A stretch of DNA of 64,000 nucleotides from Gammaproteobacteria bacterium (GTDB taxonomy: Bacteria; Pseudomonadota; Gammaproteobacteria; Steroidobacterales; Steroidobacteraceae), in NCBI GenBank assembly GCA_947455595.1, contig CANGOP010000015.1, positions 3,812-67,811 on the forward strand, written 5' to 3'. The translations under genes were made by a program, and so were the position numbers. The notes under the pieces are model-generated. The model searched no databases, had not been told where the DNA came from, and saw only the letters and a program-made list of their open reading frames with translations. Shown one piece after another: positions 10,223 through 25,146 of the stretch. How positions within the stretch are numbered: the stretch's first letter is position 1; each line of letters begins with the position of its first letter.

Positions 10223-10756
10223 ATGTCCGTGTCTCTTCGTGACGCCCGACATTCGGATGAGGATCAGCGCTGGATCCGCGCGGTCTACCCGGAGTATCTC
10301 GATGAATTGGGCGCGGTGTCGCAGGCCTCGGGCACGGGGATCTTTCCCGTCTACGGGGAACATGGATCCCGGGAAGCGGAACTGCTGGCTCGTTGGTTCC
10401 GCGATGATCGATCGCACCCATTGTTGATTCTGGATGAGGGCCGTGCGGGTGGCTTCGCGTTGGTGTCCCGTCCGTTGATGCCGTCACCGGCGCGGGATGG
10501 ATTTGATTACCGGATGGCCGAGTTTTACATCCGCCGGCCGTATCGGCGCCGCGGCATTGGCCGCGCGGCCGCCGCGCTGATCTTCAGCCGATTTTCCGGT
10601 CGCTGGGAAGTGTCCGAAGCTGTGCCGAACAAAGGCGCGGTGACCTTCTGGCGGCAGACCGTCATGGCCTACACACAGGGCCACTACGACGAACGCGTTC
10701 GGGATGGTGAAGTGCGTCAGTACTTCACCAGCCAAAGTGCACTGCGTCGTCCCTAA
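10223..10756 (+). CDS. GNAT-family N-acetyltransferase
   Basis: 177 aa. Acetyl-CoA binding motif RRPYRRRGIGRAAAALIF (R/Q-x-x-G-x-G/A). Confidence 0.7.
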   Translation: MSVSLRDARHSDEDQRWIRAVYPEYLDELGAVSQASGTGIFPVYGEHGSREAELLARWFRDDRSHPLLILDEGRAGGFALVSRPLMPSPARDGFDYRMAEFYIRRPYRRRGIGRAAAALIFSRFSGRWEVSEAVPNKGAVTFWRQTVMAYTQGHYDERVRDGEVRQYFTSQSALRRP

Positions 10757-10759
10757 CCA

Positions 10760-13600
10760 TCAACCCGGCGTGGGATGCCGCGCCATCTGGATGCCTAAGT
10801 AATGTCCGGTGTGTGAACCGGCCAGCGTGACAATCTCCTCGGGTGTGCCATAGCCCAAGATTCGGCCACCGCCATCACCGCCCTCGGGACCCAGATCAAT
10901 CACCCAGTCCGCCATTTTGACGACATCGAGGTTGTGCTCGATGACGACCACCGTATTGCCTTCATCGCGTAAGCGACCGAGCACGACGAGCAACTGCGCG
11001 ATGTCGTGAAAATGCAGCCCCGTGGTCGGCTCGTCGAGGATGTACAACGTCCGCCCAGTCGAGCGCTTCGATAGTTCCTTCGCCAGCTTCACGCGCTGCG
11101 CTTCACCACCCGAGAGGGTTGTGGCGTTCTGGCCGAGCCGGACGTAGGTCAAGCCGACATCGAGGAGCGTGCGTAACTTCTGTGCCACCACCGGTACGGC
11201 TTGGAAGAACTGATACGCGTCCTCGATGGTCATCTCGAGCACTTCGTGAATGGTTTTGCCCTTGTAGCGGATCTCCAAGGTCTCGCGGTTGTAACGCTTG
11301 CCCTTGCAGATGTCACACGGCACATACACGTCCGGTAGGAAGTGCATTTCCACCTTGATGACGCCATCGCCTTGGCACGCCTCACACCGGCCACCCTTGA
11401 CGTTGAAGCTGAAGCGGCCGACCTCGTAGCCGCGTGCACGCGCTTCGGGGGCCTGCGCGTAGAGTTCGCGGATGGGTGTGAAGACACCGGTGTAGGTAGC
11501 CGGATTCGAGCGTGGGGTGCGGCCAATCGGGCTTTGATCGATATCAATCACGCGATCCAGGTGCTGCAGCCCCTCAATGCGCTCGCAGGGTGCGGCTTCT
11601 TCTGAGGAGTCGTTGAGCGATTGCGCGACGCGTCGATAGAGCGTGTCGTTCACAAGCGTCGACTTGCCCGACCCCGAGACGCCTGTCACGCAGGTGAACA
11701 AACCAACGGGGAACTCGGCGGTGACTTTTTTCAGGTTGTTGCCACTGGCACCAACAACCCGCAGGACGCGCTTGGGATCAAAGCGGCCCCGCTTTTTCGG
11801 CGGATCAATCCGCAAACCCCCGCTCAAGTACTGACCCGTCAGTGAACGCGACACGGCCTCGATTTCACTGACTGATCCTTGTGCGACGACTTCGCCACCG
11901 TGCACACCGGCACCGGGGCCGAGGTCGACGACATAGTCGGCTTGGCGAATCGCATCTTCGTCATGCTCGACGACGATCACGGTATTGCCGAGGTCACGCA
12001 AATGCACGAGCGTGTCTAAGAGACGCTGGTTGTCGCGTTGATGCAGGCCGATGGAGGGTTCGTCGAGGATGTACATCACCCCGACGAGTCCGGAGCCCAC
12101 TTGGCTGGCGAGACGGATTCGTTGTGCTTCGCCGCCGGAGAGGGTCTCGGCGCTGCGATCAAGGGTCAGATAGTCCAGACCGACATTTGCCAAGAAGCCG
12201 AGGCGGTCGTGGATTTCTTTGACGATCTTGACGGCGATCGTGCCGCGCCAGCCGGGTAGCGATAGCGTTTGAAAGAAGGCGAGCGCACGCCCCACGGACA
12301 GACCCGTGACCGATGCGATACTGCTGCCGGAAACGAAGACGTTGCGGGCCGCGACATTCAGGCGCGTGCCGGCGCAATCCGGGCACGGCTTGCTGCCCAA
12401 GTATTTGGATAATTCCTCGCGGACCATCATCGAGTCGGTCTCGCGATAGCGCCGCTCGAGGTTTGGCAGGATGCCTTCGAATGGATGGCGCTTGCGCGAC
12501 ATGCCGCCGCGCCCATCGTAGTAACGGAATTCGATACTGTCGGTGCCGCTGCCGTAGAGCAACGTCTGCTGGATCTTCTCAGGCAGCGACGTCCACGGAT
12601 CCTCGATGTCGAATTTGTAGTGCTTCGCCAACGAATGAATCATCGTGAAATAGTACGCATTACGTCGATCCCAACCGCGGATCGCACCCGCGGCGAGCGA
12701 CAGGTGCGGCTGCGTGACGACGCGCACGGGATCGAAGAATTGCTTCACCCCGAGGCCGTCGCAGGTGGGGCAAGCGCCGGCAGGATTGTTGAATGAGAAG
12801 AGCCTCGGCTCCAACTCAGGCAGTGACCAGCCGCACACGTTGCAGGCGAACTTGTCGGAGAAGACCAGTTCTTCCCGATCCGGTTGATCCAAAAACGCGA
12901 CGGTCGCCATGCCGCCGCCGAGTCGCAGCGCAGTCTCAAAACTCTCTGCCAGTCGTTGCGACAGATCCGGTCGGACCTTGAAGCGGTCTACGACCGCTTC
13001 AACCGTATGCTTGCGGCGCAGGTCCAGCGAGGGTGGATCATCGAGTTCGATCACCTTGCCGTCGACACGAGCGCGCACGAAGCCTTTGCCCTTCAACTCG
13101 TCGAAGACCTGCACGTGCTCGCCCTTACGATCCTTCACGACTGGCGAGAGCAGCAGGAGCGGAGTGCCCTCCGGCAACTCCATCACCTGGTCCACCATCT
13201 GACTGACCGTCTGAGCGGCGAGATCGAGGTGATGATCGGGGCAGCGGGGTGTGCCGGCGCGCGCATACAGCAGGCGCAGGTAATCGTAGATCTCGGTGAC
13301 CGTGGCCACCGTCGAACGGGGATTGTGTGAGGTGGACTTTTGCTCGATCGATATCGCCGGCGACAATCCTTCGATGGAATCGACGTCCGGCTTTTCCATC
13401 ATCGACAAGAATTGGCGCGCATAGGCCGATAGCGACTCCACGTAACGCCGCTGACCTTCCGCGTAGATCGTGTCGAAGGCCAATGAGGATTTGCCTGACC
13501 CCGACAAGCCGGTAAAGACGATCAGTCGATCTCGAGGTAACTCGAGGTCGACGCCTTTGAGGTTGTGGGTACGGGCTCCGCGGATACGGATATGGGCCAT
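10760..13600 (-). CDS. uvrA: Excinuclease ABC subunit A
   Basis: 946 aa, [53 protein letters not shown]. Two ABC ATPase modules with Cys-rich zinc modules. Confidence 0.98.
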   Translation of the reverse strand: MAHIRIRGARTHNLKGVDLELPRDRLIVFTGLSGSGKSSLAFDTIYAEGQRRYVESLSAYARQFLSMMEKPDVDSIEGLSPAISIEQKSTSHNPRSTVATVTEIYDYLRLLYARAGTPRCPDHHLDLAAQTVSQMVDQVMELPEGTPLLLLSPVVKDRKGEHVQVFDELKGKGFVRARVDGKVIELDDPPSLDLRRKHTVEAVVDRFKVRPDLSQRLAESFETALRLGGGMATVAFLDQPDREELVFSDKFACNVCGWSLPELEPRLFSFNNPAGACPTCDGLGVKQFFDPVRVVTQPHLSLAAGAIRGWDRRNAYYFTMIHSLAKHYKFDIEDPWTSLPEKIQQTLLYGSGTDSIEFRYYDGRGGMSRKRHPFEGILPNLERRYRETDSMMVREELSKYLGSKPCPDCAGTRLNVAARNVFVSGSSIASVTGLSVGRALAFFQTLSLPGWRGTIAVKIVKEIHDRLGFLANVGLDYLTLDRSAETLSGGEAQRIRLASQVGSGLVGVMYILDEPSIGLHQRDNQRLLDTLVHLRDLGNTVIVVEHDEDAIRQADYVVDLGPGAGVHGGEVVAQGSVSEIEAVSRSLTGQYLSGGLRIDPPKKRGRFDPKRVLRVVGASGNNLKKVTAEFPVGLFTCVTGVSGSGKSTLVNDTLYRRVAQSLNDSSEEAAPCERIEGLQHLDRVIDIDQSPIGRTPRSNPATYTGVFTPIRELYAQAPEARARGYEVGRFSFNVKGGRCEACQGDGVIKVEMHFLPDVYVPCDICKGKRYNRETLEIRYKGKTIHEVLEMTIEDAYQFFQAVPVVAQKLRTLLDVGLTYVRLGQNATTLSGGEAQRVKLAKELSKRSTGRTLYILDEPTTGLHFHDIAQLLVVLGRLRDEGNTVVVIEHNLDVVKMADWVIDLGPEGGDGGGRILGYGTPEEIVTLAGSHTGHYLGIQMARHPTPG

Positions 13601-13668
13601 GGCTCGAGTCCGGGAATTAATGCGTAATCCGATAGAATACCATTCGTTGCCGCCGGCCCGATTCAGGA

Positions 13669-14868
13669 TTGACCGTGGATACCCATAAAACGACCCGCCC
13701 GCCCCGCCTGGCTTTGCTGCCGATCGAGCGTCGCGCGCTCGGATCGTTGTCGTCCATCTACGCGGCGCGCATGCTCGGTTTGTTTCTGCTGCTGCCGGTA
13801 CTTGCCCTCTACACGAACGGACTCGCCGGGGCGACGCCGCTCAAAATTGGTTTGGCTATGGGCGCCTACGGGCTCACACAAGCCATTCTGCAGATTCCGT
13901 TCGGGTTGTTGTCCGATCGCTATGGACGCCGCGGCGTTATTACCGTGGGCCTTGTCCTGTACGCGGCTGGCTCTGTGATCGGCGGGTTGGCTACCGGCAT
14001 CGAGGGGATCATTCTGGCGCGCATGGTGCAGGGCGCTGGTGCCATCTCAGGGCCCGTCTCGGCCTTGTTGGCGGACCTGACGAGGCCGGAAATCCGCACG
14101 CGCGCCATGGCCCTGATCGGGATCAGCATCGGCGGCTCGTTTGTCGTGTCGCTGGTGGCTGCGCCGCCGCTCGAGTCGCTGATTGGTGTGCGCGGTATTT
14201 TCTGGGCGATGGCGGTGCTGGCGGTGTTTTGCCTTGTGCTCTTGCACACGGCCGTGCCGGCGGTTGAGCGCACACCCGGTTCGACACCGATTGCAGCGCC
14301 GCGGTTCAGTGCCGCGTTCACCCGAACGCTTGTTCCCTACTATGTGGGTGTTTTCGTGCTGAACGTCATGCTGACGGCCGCGTTCGTCGGGGTGCCCCAT
14401 GCGTTGGCCGATGGCCTTGGCATCCCGTTGGCACAGCACTGGAAGACCTACTTGTGGGTTTTCTTAGGCTCAGTCCCGCTGACCATTCCATTGGTCTTGG
14501 CCAGCGAGCGCTCCGGTTCGCCGGTCGGGGTGATGCGTCTTGGGGTCGTCATCATCGGTTTTGCGCTGGCCGCCTTGACCGTGACCCATCACGGCTATTG
14601 GGGTCTGGCGATGACGCTGCTCGTGTTTTTTGCCGCCTTCAATTACCTCGAGGCACGCGTGCCGGCGCGCCTGTCACAGTCGGCGCCGCCGGAATTGCGG
14701 GGTGCGGCGTTGGGGATTTTTGCAACCGCTCAGTTCCTCGGCGCGTTTGCCGGTGGTCAGTTTGCACCCTTGCTGTACGCCAGTCCCTGGGGTTTGCCGG
14801 CGGTTTTCGGCGGCGCAGCGCTTTTGGCTCTGCCGTGGCTGCTCGCGATTCGCCCGGGCCGAGCCTGA
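13669..14868 (+). CDS. MFS transporter
   Basis: 399 aa, about 12 hydrophobic segments, MFS motif A ([13 protein letters not shown]). TTG start at 13669; GTG at 13675 possible. Confidence 0.85.
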   Translation: MTVDTHKTTRPPRLALLPIERRALGSLSSIYAARMLGLFLLLPVLALYTNGLAGATPLKIGLAMGAYGLTQAILQIPFGLLSDRYGRRGVITVGLVLYAAGSVIGGLATGIEGIILARMVQGAGAISGPVSALLADLTRPEIRTRAMALIGISIGGSFVVSLVAAPPLESLIGVRGIFWAMAVLAVFCLVLLHTAVPAVERTPGSTPIAAPRFSAAFTRTLVPYYVGVFVLNVMLTAAFVGVPHALADGLGIPLAQHWKTYLWVFLGSVPLTIPLVLASERSGSPVGVMRLGVVIIGFALAALTVTHHGYWGLAMTLLVFFAAFNYLEARVPARLSQSAPPELRGAALGIFATAQFLGAFAGGQFAPLLYASPWGLPAVFGGAALLALPWLLAIRPGRA

Positions 14869-14995
14869 CCCTCGACTTTCTGCACAAACACCCCAAATAG
14901 TCGGCACACGGCCCGGCGAGGGCCGCTGTACACTCTCACCTTAGTGAAGGCTGGAGCGACCGTTCGCTCCCCTTAGGAATTACAAGGAGCAGGGC

Positions 14996-15487
14996 ATGGC
15001 GCGTGGCATCAACAAAGTCATTTTGGTAGGCAATCTCGGTCAAGATCCCGAGACCCGTGCGATGCCCAGCGGCAAGGCGGTCACCAATATCCGCATCGCC
15101 ACATCGGAAGGTTGGAAGGATAAGCAGACCGGCGAGCAGAAAGAGGCCACCGAGTGGCACACCGTCGTGTTTTTCGACCGTCTGGCGGAAATTGCCGCCG
15201 AATACCTGCGCAAAGGCTCTCAGGTCTACGTCGAGGGTAAGTTGCGCACCCGCAAATGGCAGGACAAGGCCACGGGCGCTGATCGTTACTCGACGGAAGT
15301 CGTGGCGAACGAATTACAGATGCTGGGCAGCCGTGGTGGCGCCGGCGGTGGTGGTGGCGGCGGCGGTGGTGGCGGCGGTTACGGCGGCAGCCCGCGCGGC
15401 GGATCGGGTCCGGCAAGCGGCGGCGGCGCCGATCCGTACAGCCAGTCGCCCCCTCCCGGTGACTTCGACGACGACATTCCGTTCTGA
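14996..15487 (+). CDS. ssb: Single-stranded DNA-binding protein
   Basis: [21 protein letters not shown]..., OB fold, Gly-rich linker, acidic tail DFDDDIPF. Confidence 0.97.
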   Translation: MARGINKVILVGNLGQDPETRAMPSGKAVTNIRIATSEGWKDKQTGEQKEATEWHTVVFFDRLAEIAAEYLRKGSQVYVEGKLRTRKWQDKATGADRYSTEVVANELQMLGSRGGAGGGGGGGGGGGGYGGSPRGGSGPASGGGADPYSQSPPPGDFDDDIPF

Positions 15488-15525
15488 ACGAGAACGCCAA
15501 GTCACTGAAGCGTAACAACTAAAAC

Positions 15526-15551
15526 GGCGCCTTCGACGCGGGGGCGCCTTT
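15526..15551 (+). terminator. Possible weak terminator after ssb
   Basis: GGCGCCTTCG / CGGGGGCGCC stem (includes G-U pairs), very short loop, only TTT downstream. Confidence 0.35.
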
Positions 15552-15603
15552 CGGTCTGGGCCCGGTCGCGGTAACCTGTACCCCCTCTCGAGTCCCTCCC
15601 CCC

Positions 15604-16941
15604 ATGCCAGGCTATCTTTACCTCAAGACGTTCGGTTGCCAGATGAATGAGTACGACTCCACCCGCATGGTGGACGTACTGAAGGCAGCCGAGGGTCTCG
15701 ATGTGACGGACGATCCCGATCAGGCGGACATTATTTTGCTCAACACCTGTTCGATCCGCGAAAAGGCGGAAGAGAAGGTGTTCTCGCACCTCGGTGTTTA
15801 CGGTGAGATGAAGCGCAGTCGCCCGAGCCTGCTCATTGGCGTCGGCGGCTGTGTCGCTAGCCAAGAGGGCGAGGGGATTCTGGAGCGGATGCCATTCGTC
15901 GATGTCGTCTTCGGCCCGCAAACCTTACATCGTTTACCGGCCATGCTCGCGCGCGTGCGTCAGACGGGACGCCCTCAGGTCGACGTCTCATTTCCCGAGA
16001 ATGAAAAATTCGATGAACTGCCGATGCCCGAGGAGCGTAACTCGGCAACGGCGTTTGTCTCGATCATGGAAGGCTGCAGCAAGTACTGCAGTTTCTGTGT
16101 GGTGCCCTATACCCGTGGTGAGGAAATCAGCCGTCCGTTTGAGCAGGTGCTCGCGGAAGTGCGCGTGCTCGCTGCACAAGGGGTCCGGGAAATCACGCTG
16201 CTGGGTCAGAACGTCAACGGCTATGACGGCATGCTCGATGACGGCGATACCGCCGACCTCGCGTTGCTGATCGAGCATGTCGCCGCGATCGCGGGCATCG
16301 AGCGCATTCGCTTCACGACCTCACACCCGTTGGACTTCTCGGATCGTCTGATCGAGGTCTATGCGCGGGTACCGCAGTTGGTGAATCACCTGCACTTGCC
16401 GGTGCAGAGCGGCTCCGATCGTGTGCTCATGGCGATGAAGCGTCGCTATACCGCGCTGGAGTTCAAGCAGAAGATTCGCCGCCTGCGAGCGGTACGCCCG
16501 GAAATGCCGATCTCGTCGGACTTCATTGTCGGCTTTCCCGGTGAAACGGACCGCGATTTTGAAGCGACGATGCAACTGGTTGAGGAGATCCGCTTCGATC
16601 AGAGTTTCAGTTTCATCTATAGCCGTCGTCCGGGGACCCCGGCCGCCTCACTACCGGACGATGTGCCGCCCGAGGTGAAGCAGGCGCGTCTGGAGCGTCT
16701 GCAGGCTCGAATCAACGAATTCGCGCGTGAGCGCAGTCGCTCCATGGTCGGTCAGACCGTCCGCGTCTTGGTCGAGCGCAATGCGCGTAAAGACTCCCGC
16801 CAACTCGCCGGACGAACGGAATGCAGCCGGTGGGTCAACTTCGACGCCCCTGCGTCGCTAGTAGGTCAATTTGTGGATGTGGTGGTCACCGAAGCGATGC
16901 CGAACTCTCTCCGTGGCCGGTTGGCCGCCGAACCGTCATGA
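15604..16941 (+). CDS. miaB: tRNA-i6A37 methylthiotransferase
   Basis: 445 aa, [16 protein letters not shown]-terminus, radical-SAM [16 protein letters not shown]-terminus. Confidence 0.97.
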   Translation: MPGYLYLKTFGCQMNEYDSTRMVDVLKAAEGLDVTDDPDQADIILLNTCSIREKAEEKVFSHLGVYGEMKRSRPSLLIGVGGCVASQEGEGILERMPFVDVVFGPQTLHRLPAMLARVRQTGRPQVDVSFPENEKFDELPMPEERNSATAFVSIMEGCSKYCSFCVVPYTRGEEISRPFEQVLAEVRVLAAQGVREITLLGQNVNGYDGMLDDGDTADLALLIEHVAAIAGIERIRFTTSHPLDFSDRLIEVYARVPQLVNHLHLPVQSGSDRVLMAMKRRYTALEFKQKIRRLRAVRPEMPISSDFIVGFPGETDRDFEATMQLVEEIRFDQSFSFIYSRRPGTPAASLPDDVPPEVKQARLERLQARINEFARERSRSMVGQTVRVLVERNARKDSRQLAGRTECSRWVNFDAPASLVGQFVDVVVTEAMPNSLRGRLAAEPS

Positions 16942-17897
16942 ACGCTCCCGCTACTCGGGAACTTGTGCTGGAACCCGCCGACAACGATCGGCTCGCGATT
17001 CTGTGTGGACCGCTTGATGAACACTTGCGCCAGATCGAGACGCGCTTGTCTGTCGGCATCCATCGTCGCGGCAACGTGTTTCACATCGAAGGTGTACGCG
17101 CCGCCGATGCCACGCGCATTTTGGAAGAGCTATACGGCAGTGGTGGTCGCAGGATCACGCCGCGAGATGTGCATCTGGCCATTCAGGAGAGTGGCATGCG
17201 CGAGGAAGATGCTGAGGCGTCGGCCGATCATGGCGAAGTGAAGGTCACGACCCATCGCGGCCAGATCCGCGGCCGTGGTGCGAATCAGGTCGGCTATCTT
17301 GCCGCGATTCGCACCGTTGATCTCAGCTTCGGTATTGGGCCGGCGGGTACCGGCAAGACGTATTTGGCCGTGGCTTGCGCCGTAGAGGCACTGCAGACGG
17401 ATCGCGTGCGGCGCATCGTACTCGTGCGTCCCGCAGTGGAAGCCGGTGAGCGGCTAGGCTTCCTGCCGGGGGATCTCACCCAAAAAGTCGATCCGTACCT
17501 GCGTCCGATGTACGACGCACTGTACGAGATGCTCGGCTACGACAAAGTGTCGAAACTCATCGAACGGAATGTCATTGAAATCGCGCCGCTGGCCTTCATG
17601 CGTGGTCGAACCCTCAACGATGCCTTCATTATTTTGGATGAAGCGCAGAACACGACGGTTGAGCAGATGAAGATGTTCCTGACCCGGATCGGCTTCGGCT
17701 CTAAAGCCGTGGTCACGGGCGACGTGACCCAAACCGATTTGCCGAACAACCGACTCTCCGGCCTGCGCCACGTGATGGACGTGCTGCACGGCGTGCCGGG
17801 TGTGTCTTTCACGCGCTTCAGTTCGATGGACGTCGTGCGGCACCCGTTGGTGCAGCGGATCGTGCAAGCCTATGAACGGGCGGGAGACGAGACGTGA
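16938..17897 (+). CDS. ybeZ: PhoH-like ATPase
   Basis: Walker [16 protein letters not shown] 16938 overlaps the miaB stop (ATGA). The track ORF start at 16821 lies inside miaB. Confidence 0.93.
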   Translation: MNAPATRELVLEPADNDRLAILCGPLDEHLRQIETRLSVGIHRRGNVFHIEGVRAADATRILEELYGSGGRRITPRDVHLAIQESGMREEDAEASADHGEVKVTTHRGQIRGRGANQVGYLAAIRTVDLSFGIGPAGTGKTYLAVACAVEALQTDRVRRIVLVRPAVEAGERLGFLPGDLTQKVDPYLRPMYDALYEMLGYDKVSKLIERNVIEIAPLAFMRGRTLNDAFIILDEAQNTTVEQMKMFLTRIGFGSKAVVTGDVTQTDLPNNRLSGLRHVMDVLHGVPGVSFTRFSSMDVVRHPLVQRIVQAYERAGDET

Positions 17898-18367
17898 CGC
17901 TGACGGTCGACGTGGCCTATGCAACGCGACACCCTTGGGCACCTTCCGCGCGATTGGTGCGCGAGTGGGCCGTGGCGGCCGCCGGTGCCAAAGGGCGCCA
18001 TGCCACGTTGTCTGTGCAGGTGGTTACCCCACGGGAAAGCGAGCGACTGAATGGCCATTATCGCCAACGCCAGAAGCCTACGAACGTACTGAGTTTTCCC
18101 GCTGAATTGCCGATCGGAGCGCTGCGCGGCGAGGCCAAGCCGTTGGGTGATCTGGTGATCTGCGCTCGCGTCGTGGCGCGCGAAGCGCGCGAGCAGGGCA
18201 AGTCGTTGGCCGCTCACTGGGCGCATATGGTGGTGCACGGCACCCTGCATCTGTTGGGTCACGATCATGAAGACGACGCCGACGCGGAGCGGATGGAGTC
18301 GCGTGAGAAGCGCGTCCTGAAGTCACTCGGTTTCGCGGATCCTTATCGGGGTGAGGCCGATGACTGA
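17894..18367 (+). CDS. ybeY: rRNA maturation endoribonuclease YbeY
   Basis: 157 aa, zinc motif HGTLHLLGHDHEDD. GTGA overlap with ybeZ. Confidence 0.93.
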   Translation: MTLTVDVAYATRHPWAPSARLVREWAVAAAGAKGRHATLSVQVVTPRESERLNGHYRQRQKPTNVLSFPAELPIGALRGEAKPLGDLVICARVVAREAREQGKSLAAHWAHMVVHGTLHLLGHDHEDDADAERMESREKRVLKSLGFADPYRGEADD

Positions 18368-19220
18368 TTCCCGTACTGGGCTGCGCCGCGGCTGGTTGCA
18401 GCGGCTGTTGCAGCAGTTTTCAGATGAGCCGCAGGATCGCGAAGACGTGCTAGATGAGCTTCGCGAAGCCAGCGAGCGCGGACTGTTCGATGCAGACTCA
18501 TTCGAAATGCTCGAGGGAGTGCTTGCCGTCGGCGAACTGAAAGTTCGCGACATCATGATTGCGCGCTCCATGATGGTGGTTGTCGGTCGCGATGATGAGC
18601 CCAAAGAACTGCTCTCGGCGGTCGTCGAATCGGGTCATTCCCGGTTTCCGGTCACCGGGGAGGATCGCGATGAGATCGTGGGTATCCTCTTAGCCAAAGA
18701 CCTGTTGCGCCACTTCGTTGAAAGTACCGATCAAGACTTCGACATTCGTGAATTCGTTCGTCCGGCTGTGTTCGTGCCGGAGAGCAAGCGACTGAATGTG
18801 CTGCTACGCGAGTTTCGTAAGAACCATAATCACATGGCGATCGTGGTCGATGAATACGGCGGTGTCGCCGGTCTTGTGACCATTGAAGACGTGATTGAGC
18901 AGATTGTGGGTGACATTGCCGACGAACACGACACGGATGATGATCAGCCGATTCGGCACGATCGTGAGCGCGAGTTCACGGTGCAGGCTCTGACCCGTAT
19001 CGAAGACTTCAACGAGTATTTTGGCGCGACGCTCGCCGACGATGACTACGATACGGTTGGTGGTCTCGTCGCCCAGGCCTTCGGACGTGTGCCGCGCCGC
19101 GGCGATGTGGTTCGGATCGGGGAGTTTGAGTTTCGCGTCGTGCGCGCCTCCCGGCGGCGCATCGAGTCGCTGAGGGTGCTGACCGCGCGGGACGTCAAAC
19201 CGCCCGCGGCGGACGATTGA
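18360..19220 (+). CDS. corC: CBS-pair / CorC_HlyC domain protein (magnesium/cobalt efflux-associated)
   Basis: CBS pair plus C-terminal transporter-associated domain. Conserved ybeZYX-lnt order. ATG 18360 preferred over GTG 18351. Confidence 0.9.
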   Translation: MTDSRTGLRRGWLQRLLQQFSDEPQDREDVLDELREASERGLFDADSFEMLEGVLAVGELKVRDIMIARSMMVVVGRDDEPKELLSAVVESGHSRFPVTGEDRDEIVGILLAKDLLRHFVESTDQDFDIREFVRPAVFVPESKRLNVLLREFRKNHNHMAIVVDEYGGVAGLVTIEDVIEQIVGDIADEHDTDDDQPIRHDREREFTVQALTRIEDFNEYFGATLADDDYDTVGGLVAQAFGRVPRRGDVVRIGEFEFRVVRASRRRIESLRVLTARDVKPPAADD

Positions 19221-20761
19221 TGGCGGTGCTCGCGGCTTTCCTGCGGCGGCATGCGCTTCTCGTGGCGTTGTGTGCCGGTGTGCTGCACTCCTTCGCGTAC
19301 GCGCCGCTCGCCTGGCGTTGGTTCGCGCCCGTCACTCTGGCGCTGTTGTTTGGCTTGTGGATGTCGGTGACGCCTCGGCGGGCTGCGGCCATCGGCTTTG
19401 CCTTCGGCGCAGGCCTTTTTCTGTCCGGCACCTATTGGATTTATCACAGCGTGCACACGGTCGCGCATGCGCCGGCTGCGTTGGCGGTTCTTCTCATGCT
19501 GGGGCTCGTGGTGATCATGGCGTCTTATCCGGCGCTGTTGGGCGCGGCCGTTACGCGTTTTGTCTCCCAGCCGAATTCCGGTTGGGGGTCTTTGGCGTGG
19601 CCCGCCGGTTGGGTCTTGCTCGAATGGGTGCGCGGGTGGTTCCTGTCAGGCTTTCCTTGGCTGGCGCTCGGCTACGCAACGCTTGATACACCGCTCGCGG
19701 GTTGGGTCCCGGTTTTGGGCGTGTATGGCGCCAGTCTTTGGGTTGCGCTCTTGGCGCTGGCGCTGCGGCAATTGTTCGTTGTTGGCAGTCGGACGCGTCT
19801 GGCGATGCTGGTGGCAGCCGTCGTCGTCGTGTTGGCAGCCCTTGGACTGTCCCGGTTGGAACTCACGCACCCGACCGGACGGTTTCATACGGTCGCTCTG
19901 GTGCAAGGCGCGGTGGCGCAAGACGAGAAGTGGGAAGCGGCGCATCGCGACCACAGTTTCGAGGTCTACCGTACGCTCACCGAGCAATCGCTCGGTCAGG
20001 ACATGGTGGTTTGGCCGGAGTCGGCGCTGCCGGTGCTGTATCACGAGGCCGTTCCGTTCCTAACGCCGATCTATCAGGCCGCACAAGCGCGGCATACCGA
20101 TTTGCTGCTGGGGCTCGTGCGGTATGACCCGGAACGGGCCGGGTATCGTAACGGCCTCGTCGCGCTCAGTGACGGGGAGACGTGGTACTACAAGCGTCGC
20201 CTCGTACCCTTCGGCGAGTTTTTCCCGGTTCCGGAGTTCGTGCGCGGCTGGATGCGCGGACTGGACCTGTTTTATGTGGATTTTCTACCCGGTGACGCGG
20301 ATCAGCCAGCGCTGACGGCGGCGGGTGAGCGGATCGGGGCGACGATCTGCTACGAGGATGCGTATGCCACGGAACAGCGTGCCGTTCTGAAGGACGCGAC
20401 GCTGCTCGTCAACGTGAGCAACGATGCTTGGTTTGGTGATTCGTCGGCGCCGCATCAACACCTTGAGATCACGCGCATGCGGGCTTTGGAGGCCGGGCGC
20501 TGGCTCATGCGCGCCACCAATACCGGCATCACCGCCCTCATCGACCCGACGGGTCGTGTGGTGGCGCGCAGTCCGCAATTTGTCCCCGCAGTCCTCAAAG
20601 GCACTGTGGAAGCGCGGACCGGTTTAACGCCGTATGCGCGCTTCGGCAACGCGCCGGTCGGCGCGGTCTGCGGGGTGTTCTTGCTGCTGGCGTGGCTTGG
20701 GCGGCACGGCGCGGTGCGACGGTCAGGGGATCACGCGACGCGGGCAGCGACGCCTGGGTGA
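19220..20761 (+). CDS. lnt: Apolipoprotein N-acyltransferase
   Basis: Polytopic N-terminus plus CN-hydrolase domain (VWPESA..., ICYEDAY). TGATG junction with corC. Confidence 0.93.
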   Translation: MAVLAAFLRRHALLVALCAGVLHSFAYAPLAWRWFAPVTLALLFGLWMSVTPRRAAAIGFAFGAGLFLSGTYWIYHSVHTVAHAPAALAVLLMLGLVVIMASYPALLGAAVTRFVSQPNSGWGSLAWPAGWVLLEWVRGWFLSGFPWLALGYATLDTPLAGWVPVLGVYGASLWVALLALALRQLFVVGSRTRLAMLVAAVVVVLAALGLSRLELTHPTGRFHTVALVQGAVAQDEKWEAAHRDHSFEVYRTLTEQSLGQDMVVWPESALPVLYHEAVPFLTPIYQAAQARHTDLLLGLVRYDPERAGYRNGLVALSDGETWYYKRRLVPFGEFFPVPEFVRGWMRGLDLFYVDFLPGDADQPALTAAGERIGATICYEDAYATEQRAVLKDATLLVNVSNDAWFGDSSAPHQHLEITRMRALEAGRWLMRATNTGITALIDPTGRVVARSPQFVPAVLKGTVEARTGLTPYARFGNAPVGAVCGVFLLLAWLGRHGAVRRSGDHATRAATPG

Positions 20762-20796
20762 TATCCTGCTCATCACCTTTATTTGCCGGTGATGCC

Positions 20797-21993
20797 ATGC
20801 TCGATCTACTGCCGCCTCAAGCCCCCGACGCTCTCTTGGCCGTGATGGCTGCATTTGCGGCGGACACCTCGCCCGATAAAGTTGATTTGGGCGTTGGCGT
20901 CTACAAAGACGCCGCTGGCGCGACACCGGTCATGGCCGCGGTGAAGGCGGCCGAAGCCCGTCTGATTGCGCAGCAACGCTCGAAGGTTTACGTCGGGCCG
21001 GGCGGCAATCGGCCGTTTGCCGCCTTCATGGAGCGACTGGTGTTGGGCGAGGGCCATCCGGCACTCACCGCTGGTCGAGTGATGACGCTGCAGACCCCGG
21101 GCGGTTGCGGGGCCTTGCGTGTTGTTGCTGATCTGATTGTTCGCACCGGGACGACGCGGGATATTCTGATCGGTGACCCGACCTGGGCGAATCACCACGC
21201 GCTGTTGACGAGTGCCGGCCTGACCGCCCATCAGATGCCGTATTTCGATGTACGCACCGGCACACTGCGTTTTTCGGCGATGCTCGAGACCTTGGAGGCG
21301 GCGGCCGAAGGGACCGTTGTCCTGCTACAAGGTGCCTGTCATAACCCAACCGGCGCGGATTTGAACGCGGCGCAGTGGCAGGTCTTGGCGGAGGTCTTGG
21401 AACGCCGGTGTCTGGTGCCGCTGGTCGATATGGCCTACCAGGGACTCGGTAACGGCTTGGAGGAGGACGCTGCCGGTTTACGCCTCTTGGCCGAACGCCT
21501 GCCAGAAGTCCTGCTCGCGGTCTCCTGTTCGAAAAATTTCGGCCTCTATCGGGAACGCGTCGGGGCGGTGTTAGTCGTGGCCCGGTCGGCAGCGGTGGCG
21601 GCGACCAGCTTTGCCCATCTGCAGACGCTGGCGCGGCGGATCTACTCCATGCCGCCAGATCATGGGGCCGCGATCGTCGCGACGATCGCCGCGGATCCCC
21701 TGCTCCTCGAGGCCTGGCAGGCAGAACTCACCGTGATGCGGACGCGCGTCAATGGCTTGCGCCGGATGCTGGCGGATGCCTTGGCCGCCGAATACGGTGA
21801 TCACCGGCATGAGGCGATTGCCCAACAGCGCGGCATGTTCTCCATTCTTGGCAGCCTCACGCCGGACGCGGTGACGCGCCTCGCCCGAGAGGAGCATGTG
21901 TATGTCGCGCCCGACGGCCGCATCAATTTGGCGGGGTTGCCGGAAGCGGCGGTGGGTCGCGTGGCGGCCGCCGTGCGTCGTGTCGCGCCCTAA
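20797..21993 (+). CDS. Aspartate/aromatic amino acid aminotransferase (class I, AspC/TyrB family)
   Basis: 398 aa from MLDLLPPQAPD. PLP-lysine motif SCSKNFGLYRERVG. The track start at 20692 overlaps lnt. Confidence 0.9.
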   Translation: MLDLLPPQAPDALLAVMAAFAADTSPDKVDLGVGVYKDAAGATPVMAAVKAAEARLIAQQRSKVYVGPGGNRPFAAFMERLVLGEGHPALTAGRVMTLQTPGGCGALRVVADLIVRTGTTRDILIGDPTWANHHALLTSAGLTAHQMPYFDVRTGTLRFSAMLETLEAAAEGTVVLLQGACHNPTGADLNAAQWQVLAEVLERRCLVPLVDMAYQGLGNGLEEDAAGLRLLAERLPEVLLAVSCSKNFGLYRERVGAVLVVARSAAVAATSFAHLQTLARRIYSMPPDHGAAIVATIAADPLLLEAWQAELTVMRTRVNGLRRMLADALAAEYGDHRHEAIAQQRGMFSILGSLTPDAVTRLAREEHVYVAPDGRINLAGLPEAAVGRVAAAVRRVAP

Positions 21994-22051
21994 ACAGCGC
22001 CGACCCATCCAAAAGGGGGGGTCTGATCCGGTATCCTTGGTGATTCATTGA

Positions 22052-25142
<3,091 letters not shown>

Positions 25143-25146
<4 letters not shown>

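Noticed and set aside
9628-10224. 198-aa minus-strand ORF with AAGAAASAAG repeats opposite the small lipoprotein gene.
   Set aside because: It is the mirror image of the plus-strand repeat. The plus strand has a canonical lipoprotein signal peptide and a downstream intrinsic terminator. The minus ORF overlaps the pepQ start region and has no start context.
14926-14941. Possible LexA/SOS box (CTGTACACTCTCACCT) upstream of ssb, and the uvrA upstream region 13601-13668.
   Set aside because: Only the CTGT half matches the gammaproteobacterial CTGT-N8-ACAG consensus. I saw no convincing box in the uvrA/MFS divergent region either, and the lineage may use a different LexA motif.
15335-15400. GGTGGC/GGCGGC low-complexity run that could be mistaken for a repeat element.
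   Set aside because: It encodes the poly-Gly flexible linker of SSB, in frame between the OB fold and the acidic tail. This is a normal feature of the family.
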